Shown: piece by piece, positions 56,094 to 64,000 of the stretch | Numbering within the stretch: position 1 is the stretch's first letter | Layout of the letters: each line of letters begins with the position of its first letter | Assembly (NCBI RefSeq): GCF_009914755.1 | Contig: NC_060928.1 | Source: the human T2T-CHM13v2.0 reference genome, Homo sapiens | Direction: 5' to 3' (one strand) | DNA: 64,000 nt | The notes under the pieces: model-generated | The model's database searches: none | What the model saw: only the letters and a program-made list of their open reading frames with translations | Told to the model about the DNA's origin: nothing | Translations under genes and position numbers: made by a program

Positions 56094-58058
56094 ACCCAAA
56101 TGCTCAAGTGTCCAGCCCAGACTTTTATCTCTACTTAATTCTGCTTGACCATGTGTTCATGAAGTTCCTCTTCTCTCCTTTATGCCCTGCTAACTGTATT
56201 AGGTAACTTTACACCAGAAGAGTTCAGCTTTAATCCAATCTTAAAACAAGATACAGAGCAGCATATTCCCAAAGACCACTCTCTTACTGAAGATTCTTTG
56301 CCTGGCCCACAAAACAGCCTCACCAGATAACAACTATAAATCCTATGTTTCCCAGGACATGTCCATGATCATGCCCACTGGTTTCCCGAAAAAGGGCTCT
56401 AGTAGAAATTCTAGGAAGCTGAAGCCAAACTATAAACCAAAAACTGTGTTCAGATTATCATTTTTATGAGCCTTCATCCAATAGTGGCAATACCATCTTT
56501 CCCTTAAACATCTAGCTTTTTAGTTTTTTCAAAACTAAACAACACATAGCTGAAAGATACATACATGGGAGGTTAATGTAGAAAAAACAAAAAGCAAGGG
56601 AATGCTTGACTCAAAAGTCAGAAAAGAAGATGGAGGAGGGGCCAAAGATACAAGAATGTGATCACGGGAGTATTAAAAAAGCTGAAATGCTGCTGTGGTG
56701 TCCTAGGTCATGGTACATGTGTCTTCAGTTTACTACTCTAAAACCTGGCCAGGCGTGATGGCTCACACCTGTAATCACAGCACTTTGGGAGGCCAAGGCA
56801 GTAGGACTGCTTGAGCCCAGGAGTTTGAGACCAGCCTGGCCAACATAATGAAACTCCGTTTTTACTAAAAATACAAAAATTAGCCGGGCGTGGTGGCGCA
56901 CACCTGTATTCCTAGCTACTTGGGAGGTTGAGGCAGGATGATCGCTTGAACGTGGGAGGCGGAGGTTGCAGTGAGCAGAGACTGCACTCCAGTCTGGGCA
57001 ACAGTGAGACCCTGTCTCAAAAAAATTTTTTTTTGCCAGGTGTGGTGGCTCACGCCTGTAATCCCAGCACTTTGGGAGGCCAAAGTGGGTGGATTACCTA
57101 AGATCAGGAGTTTGAGACCAGCCTGGCCAACATGATGAAACCCTGTCTCTACTAAAAACACAAACAATTAGCTGGATGTGGTGGTGGACGCCTGTAATCC
57201 AGCTGGTCGGGAGGCTGAGGCAGGAGAATTGCTTGAACCCAAGAGGCGGAGGTTGCAGTGAGCCGAGATTGTCACTGCACTCCAGCCTAGGCAAGAGCAA
57301 AGCTCCGTCTTGGAAAAAAAAAAAAAAAGAAAGAAAAAAAAATTAAAGATAAAAGAAAACGTACATACCTATTTTATACTTTGTTTTTACATATAAACAT
57401 TTATTTTGAAAAAGGGAGGAGCACTAAAAAAAAAATTGCAGCCTGAAAACCAACTATATTTGAAAAAGTGTTTTATCTGACCAACAGGGTTTAAAATTTT
57501 TCAATCCGTTGTCAAAACATCTACTTTATAGATATATTATCTCGTGTATGGAATGATACAGGGAAAAGTTTATTTATCCCAGTAATGTTTGAAATAGCAA
57601 ATGGTTGGAAATGACCTAAATATTAATATAGAAATAATTATGTTAAAACCAAATAGTGTAACATATACCATCAGAAAAAAGAAGTGAAAACTTTATGTGT
57701 TGATATGTAATGCTCTACAAGACATATTAAGTGAAAAAACACAATGTGCCAGAAAAGTGCACATAGCTGGCTACTATTTACTTTTTATAAATATACATAT
57801 TTGCTGTATATGCACAAATCTCTATTAAAAGTTAAACAACTGACAATGCTGGTTGCCTCTAGGTCATCTGCCTGGATAGGGATCAGCTTCAGGAGACTGT
57901 GTACTTTTGCATAAAACTTGAGTTTTGAACACTGTAAAGTACTGTCTATTTACACACACATTTAAAAAACTAGTAAAAAGCCTGGGTGTGGTGGCTCATG
58001 CCTGTAATCCCAGCACTTTGGGAGGCTGAGGCAGGCAGATCATGAGGTCAAGAGATCA

Positions 58059-58280
<222 letters not shown>

Positions 58281-58458
58281 CTAGCAAAAAAAAAAAAAAC
58301 AAAAAAAAACATTAACCCACAGAAAAATTCTAATTCTATACAAGAGTAAATAACTATCTTTCAAAGTTTAAAATACAGAGCGACAAGCTTTTCTAGGATA
58401 GAATCATGTATCTAACCAAACTGGACATATCCAGTTATACCTTATAAAGTTGAACTAA

Positions 58459-59022
<564 letters not shown>

Positions 59023-59953
59023 ACTTTTTCTAGTAGAATCCTCAAAAAATTGTAATTGGGCAATTTGGAAAGGGGAATGAGGTGGTTGGGGAAGATAGGC
59101 AGGAGATAGGTTTTCCACATTAGACAGAACTTAGCCTGTGCCAGATAATGTCCTTAATATGACTCATGCTAATTCAATCCTTGTTGTACTTCAGTATAAA
59201 TTGGTTTCCTTTGTAAACCTATGCATTTTATGTAATACATGTTAAAACATTCTTTTTTCTTTTTTTTTTTTGAGACGGAGTTTCACTCTTGTTGCCCAGG
59301 CTGGATGCAATGGCACCATCTCGGCTCACTGCAACCTCCACCTCCCAGGTTCAAGCAATTCTCTTGCCTCAGCCTTAGCTGGGACTACAGGCACCCATGA
59401 ACACGCTCGGCTAATTTTTGTATTTTTAGTAAAGATAAGGTTTCACCATTTTGGCCAGGCTGGTCTCGAACTCCTGATCTCAGGTGATTCGCCCATCTCA
59501 GCCTCCCAAAGTGCTGGGATTACAAGCATGAACCACTGTGCCTGGCCTGCATTTTAAAACACTCTAAGATAGGGGCTATAGGCTTTACCAAATTGCTATT
59601 TTGGACCATGAGTATGTAACTAAGTCAAAGAAAAAAAACAAAAAATAAAGAAAAGCTAAATACCATGATGTATAAACCAACATCCAAAACAGATTTTACA
59701 ATCCACAACATGGTAACAAAGTATACAAGTTCAAATGAAAAAAATTTAACCCTCCTAATCCCACCATCCATAAACCATCTGGCATATTCTTTCAGTTAGA
59801 ATTTTACACTTATTTGTGTACCTACGCATCAGTATCAACCCTAACATACAAGTTTTACTGAAGGATGGACTTTAGTTTTGGTTGAATTTGTTCCTCTTTT
59901 TACACAAGATAGTAATAAAGCTTGACACTCAGGTTTGAGTTCTCTCTCACTTA

Positions 59954-60059
59954 TGTTAATTATGAGTTCTATAAAAATAACTTGCCTTGCTAAAAATTAA
60001 AAAAAAATTTTATATTCAAGTGCTATTCCTTTTGCGGCACCAAAACTTTGTATGTAACA
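59954..60059 (+). mobile_element. Internally deleted mini solo LTR10 (106 bp)
   Basis: TG...CA termini with a perfect CTTA TSD (59950-59953 and 60060-60063). Both halves align to the two ends of the LTR at 3487-3959. Confidence 0.85.
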
Positions 60060-60317
60060 CTTAAGGAACTATGTGACCGTGGTAGAAAGTTAAAAATCAC
60101 TTGAAATATGAATTCCTCACCTATAAAGTATTCATTTATTCATCAGAAAAAGAACTATAAGAAAAAATATACATTTCACATATCAATTAAAATATCAAAC
60201 TTTCTTGCCTTAGTTAATACTTCTGACCAGATTTTGTGCCAACATAGGCTTACTGCCCCATAAGAAGTTTCACGGCAATACTAATATGTTGACATATATA
60301 TGTAGACATATATATCA

Positions 60318-60560
60318 AAATTAGTTACAATATTTTTTTCTGTGCTCTGCTCATTACAATGACAGTAATGGAGTGCAATGTCATCATCTCGGCTCACTGC
60401 AACCTCCACCTCCCAGGTTGAAGCAATTCTCTTGCTTCAGTCTCCCAAGTAGCTAGGACTACAGGCACCCGTGACCACGCTTGGCTAATTTTTGTATTTT
60501 TAGTAGAGATTACAATGACAGTAATGAGCAGAGCACAGAAAAAAATATTACAACTAATTT
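60318..60560. repeat. 40-bp inverted repeat (38/40) enclosing an Alu fragment bounded by 18-bp direct repeats
   Basis: Arms at 60318-60357 and 60521-60560. Direct repeats at 60353-60370 and 60509-60526. Confidence 0.92.
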
Positions 60561-61094
60561 CTGTATAGCATTTTGTAGTAACAAGCTTAAAATACACCAA
60601 GAAACACGTATGTGTACATTTTAGCTTAAACTTTTTCAAAACAACTGTTTTACCCTTTGCCAGACTTATCACCAAAATTACTAAAAGTACTAAGGTAGTT
60701 AAGTCTAGAATAAATCCAAAATTCACAAACTTTTAAAAATGTACTAAAACTTTTTTCACTAGCAAAATATTTTAACTGGGAAATCATACGAACTAGCAAA
60801 TGCCAGAAATCAAATTAGAAAGGGGGAGAAGGTTAAGTGTCCATCCACTTTCTTTAGAAATCCACAAAGTTCTCAATTAGTTACTAAAACACGATTGGTG
60901 TAATTGCTTGGTTTAGTCCTCAAGATTATATATTTTTGTTATCTAACATTGTAATATAACAGGGCCTAAAAATAAATGCCCACACGTTTTATTTTATAGC
61001 TGTAGCAAAACACATAGTAAGCTTATCAAAACACATCTCCCCTTCTGAAGTCACCCAAGCAAAGCACATTACATGCCTACTTGAAAGAGTGCAA

Positions 61095-61595
61095 CGGTTA
61101 AGAATATACACTCTGCACTTTGGCTGCTTTAATTTAAACTCCACCCCACCACTTAATAGCTGTGTGATTTTGGAGCAAGTTAGTCACACAATGTTACTTC
61201 ATCTGTACTGTTAAGAATTAAATGAGTTAGCCTGGCGCGGTGGCTCACGCCTGTAATCCCAGCACTTTGGGAGGCTGAGGTGGGCGGATCACGAGGTCAG
61301 GAGTTCGAGACCAGCCTGGCCAATATGGTGAAACCCCATCTCTACTATAAATACAAAAATTAGCCAGGCGTGGTGGCACGTGCCTGTAGTCCCAGCTACT
61401 CAGGAGGCTGAAGCAGGAGAATCACTTGAACCCAGGAGGCGGAGGTTGCAGTGAGCCGAGATCGCGCCACTGTACTCTAGCTGGGACAACAGTGAGACGC
61501 TGTCTCAAAAAAAAAAAAAAAAGAAATAAATGAGTTAATATATGTAAAGCATTCAGTGTGGTACTTAACATAGAATAAGTGCTATGTGTAGCAAT
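61095..61595 (+). mobile_element. MIR interrupted by an AluS (61230-61522) with TSD aagaa(t/a)taaatgagtta
   Basis: MIR sequence on both sides of the Alu, and a duplicated target. Confidence 0.7.
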
Positions 61596-61984
61596 TACAA
61601 ATAACGATCTTTCTACATTAAAAATAGCTGTTACAAACAAGGTATGTTTATAAGGTTTTTTTAGTTAGTTGCTTACAACTATAAATCCATATCCTTAATT
61701 CCATATCCCTATAAATCCAATGCTGGTTAGATTTGTAATGATTCCACAAAAATTTACTGAATATAGTGTGACTAAACTTCATTTTCCTGTTTTTTCTTTT
61801 TTCTTTTTTTTTTTTTTTGAGAAGGAGTTTCAGTCTTGTTGCCCAGGCTGGAGTGCGATGGCAGACATAGGCTCACCGCAACCTCCACCTCCCAGGTTCA
61901 AACGATTCTTCTGCCTCAGCCTCCCAAGAAGCTGGGGTTACAGGCATGTGCCACCATACCCAGCTAATTTTGTAATTTTGTTAA

Positions 61985-62218
<234 letters not shown>

Positions 62219-62293
62219 TGACTATTAGTATTTTAGACACACACACACACACGCAAAATCATTTTCTTTTTCTTTTTTTTTTTGGTGAGATAG

Positions 62294-62392
<99 letters not shown>

Positions 62393-63050
62393 TGAGGCTA
62401 GGACACAGGTGTGCACCACCATATTCAGCTAATTTTTTAATTTTTTGGAGAGACAGGGTCTCGCCATGTTGGCCAGGCTGGTCTCAAACTCCGGGCTCAA
62501 GTGATCCTCCTGCCTTTGTCTCCCAAAGCCTCGGATTACATGTGTGGGCCACCAAGCCCAGCCCCTTTCTTTTTCTGGAGACATGATTAGGGACTTTTGA
62601 AGGAACACTAGTGATTTTTATGGTAGGGATAGGAGTGGGAAGAACATCTTAGGATTGTGAATCACAGGCTTTGCATTTCTTGCTAATGGCTAAGGATTGA
62701 TAATTAAAAAGCAGCAATGTGAATTTCCAAGAAAAGAGGGAAAATAGTATGTAAATGCATGGATATACATGAGTATAAAACATTCATGGAATGTCAACTT
62801 TAGTCCCTTACAGTTGACAAACTGTCACCTTTGAATACTGCATTTAAAAATTGAAATCACCGTAATATATCTTATTCCGACTTTCAGCTGACTTAGAAAT
62901 TTCAGTCTTCAAGATCACTCAGATATTAAGATGAGACTATAACCCATGCTCATTTCCACTTCTCAAAAAAGTCTCTATGACTAAGATGGTGCAACTCACC
63001 GGTACTAATAGATTAAGGAAACTTCTTTTGTTTATTTTTTTTTTTTTTGA

Positions 63051-63266
<216 letters not shown>

Positions 63267-64000
63267 TGATCTACCCACCTCGGCCTCCCAAAGTGCTGGG
63301 ATTACAGGCATGAGCCACCGCACCCGGCCCATATTCTTAACTTTATGTAAATTAAACAATATTTTACTTAAATGTTTTTTGCCTACAGTTTTCTGTCCAA
63401 ACTAGAGTAAGCTTACATAATTCATTTTGCATATTATCCCTCTGCAACTTCTGTGTATAAACTGTGTGTCTACATTGAATTTCTCTAAGTCTAATAATCA
63501 TGCTCATTAACTCAGATTATAAAATGAAGTGTGAAATTTGTTTCTGTTTTTTTTTTTATTCTTTTTGATGGAGTCTTGCTCTGTCGCCCAGGCTGAAGTA
63601 CAGTGGTACCATCTCGGTTCACTGCAACCTCCACCTCCAGGTTCAAGCGATTCTCCTGCCTTGGCCTCCCCAGTAGCTGGGATTACAGGCGCCTGCCACC
63701 AGGCCTGGCTAATTTTTGTATTTTTAGTAGAGACAGGGTTTCACCATTTTGGCCAGGCTGGTCTCGAACACCTGACCTCAAGTGATCCCCACCCGCCTCG
63801 GCCTCCCAAAGTGCTGAGATTACAGGCGTGAGCCACCGCACTCAGCAAGTATATTTTTTTCTTTTAATTGAAGAAATCTGGAATATGAACCCCAGAGCCA
63901 AATTTACGTGGATTATCGAGGAACTCTGATATAGTGGGTTCTTTCATTAAGCAAAAAGTCCACTAATTTGCATAGTCTGGTTGGCATTCAATTGTTCATT

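Noticed and set aside
56380-56425. Weak resemblance to reverse-complemented U7 snRNA
   Set aside because: The match is short and gapped, with no 3' hairpin, tail or TSD. It is more likely a decayed DNA-transposon end.

Overview
Primate (almost certainly human) Alu-dense genomic DNA containing most of EIF4E, the cap-binding translation initiation factor, on the minus strand. Coding exons 2-7 (40828-40934, 30187-30282, 26839-26902, 26029-26142, 23872-24011, 19982-20096) splice with GT-AG boundaries and matching phases to give eIF4E residues 7-217. Exon 1 and the promoter lie beyond the right edge. The rest is a long 3' UTR with several poly(A) signals, introns and downstream flank filled with Alu, L1, L2, MIR, LTR10, MLT1, Tigger1, Charlie1 and MER elements, plus a TBCA processed pseudogene in intron 1. 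No prokaryote-type system (CRISPR, operon) is present. The most notable observations are five: (1) the TBCA retrocopy supplies an ATG and a phase-0 splice donor that would fuse a basic 34-aa N-terminus onto eIF4E; (2) a 93-nt in-frame Alu cassette exon has tandem splice sites; (3) a 40-bp-arm palindrome carries a tail-less Alu fragment at its apex, flanked by 18-bp direct repeats; (4) a 106-bp internally deleted solo LTR10 retains a perfect TSD; (5) a Pumilio element overlaps a poly(A) hexamer. Repeat subfamily names come from recalled consensus similarity, and repeat boundaries are approximate unless TSDs are quoted.
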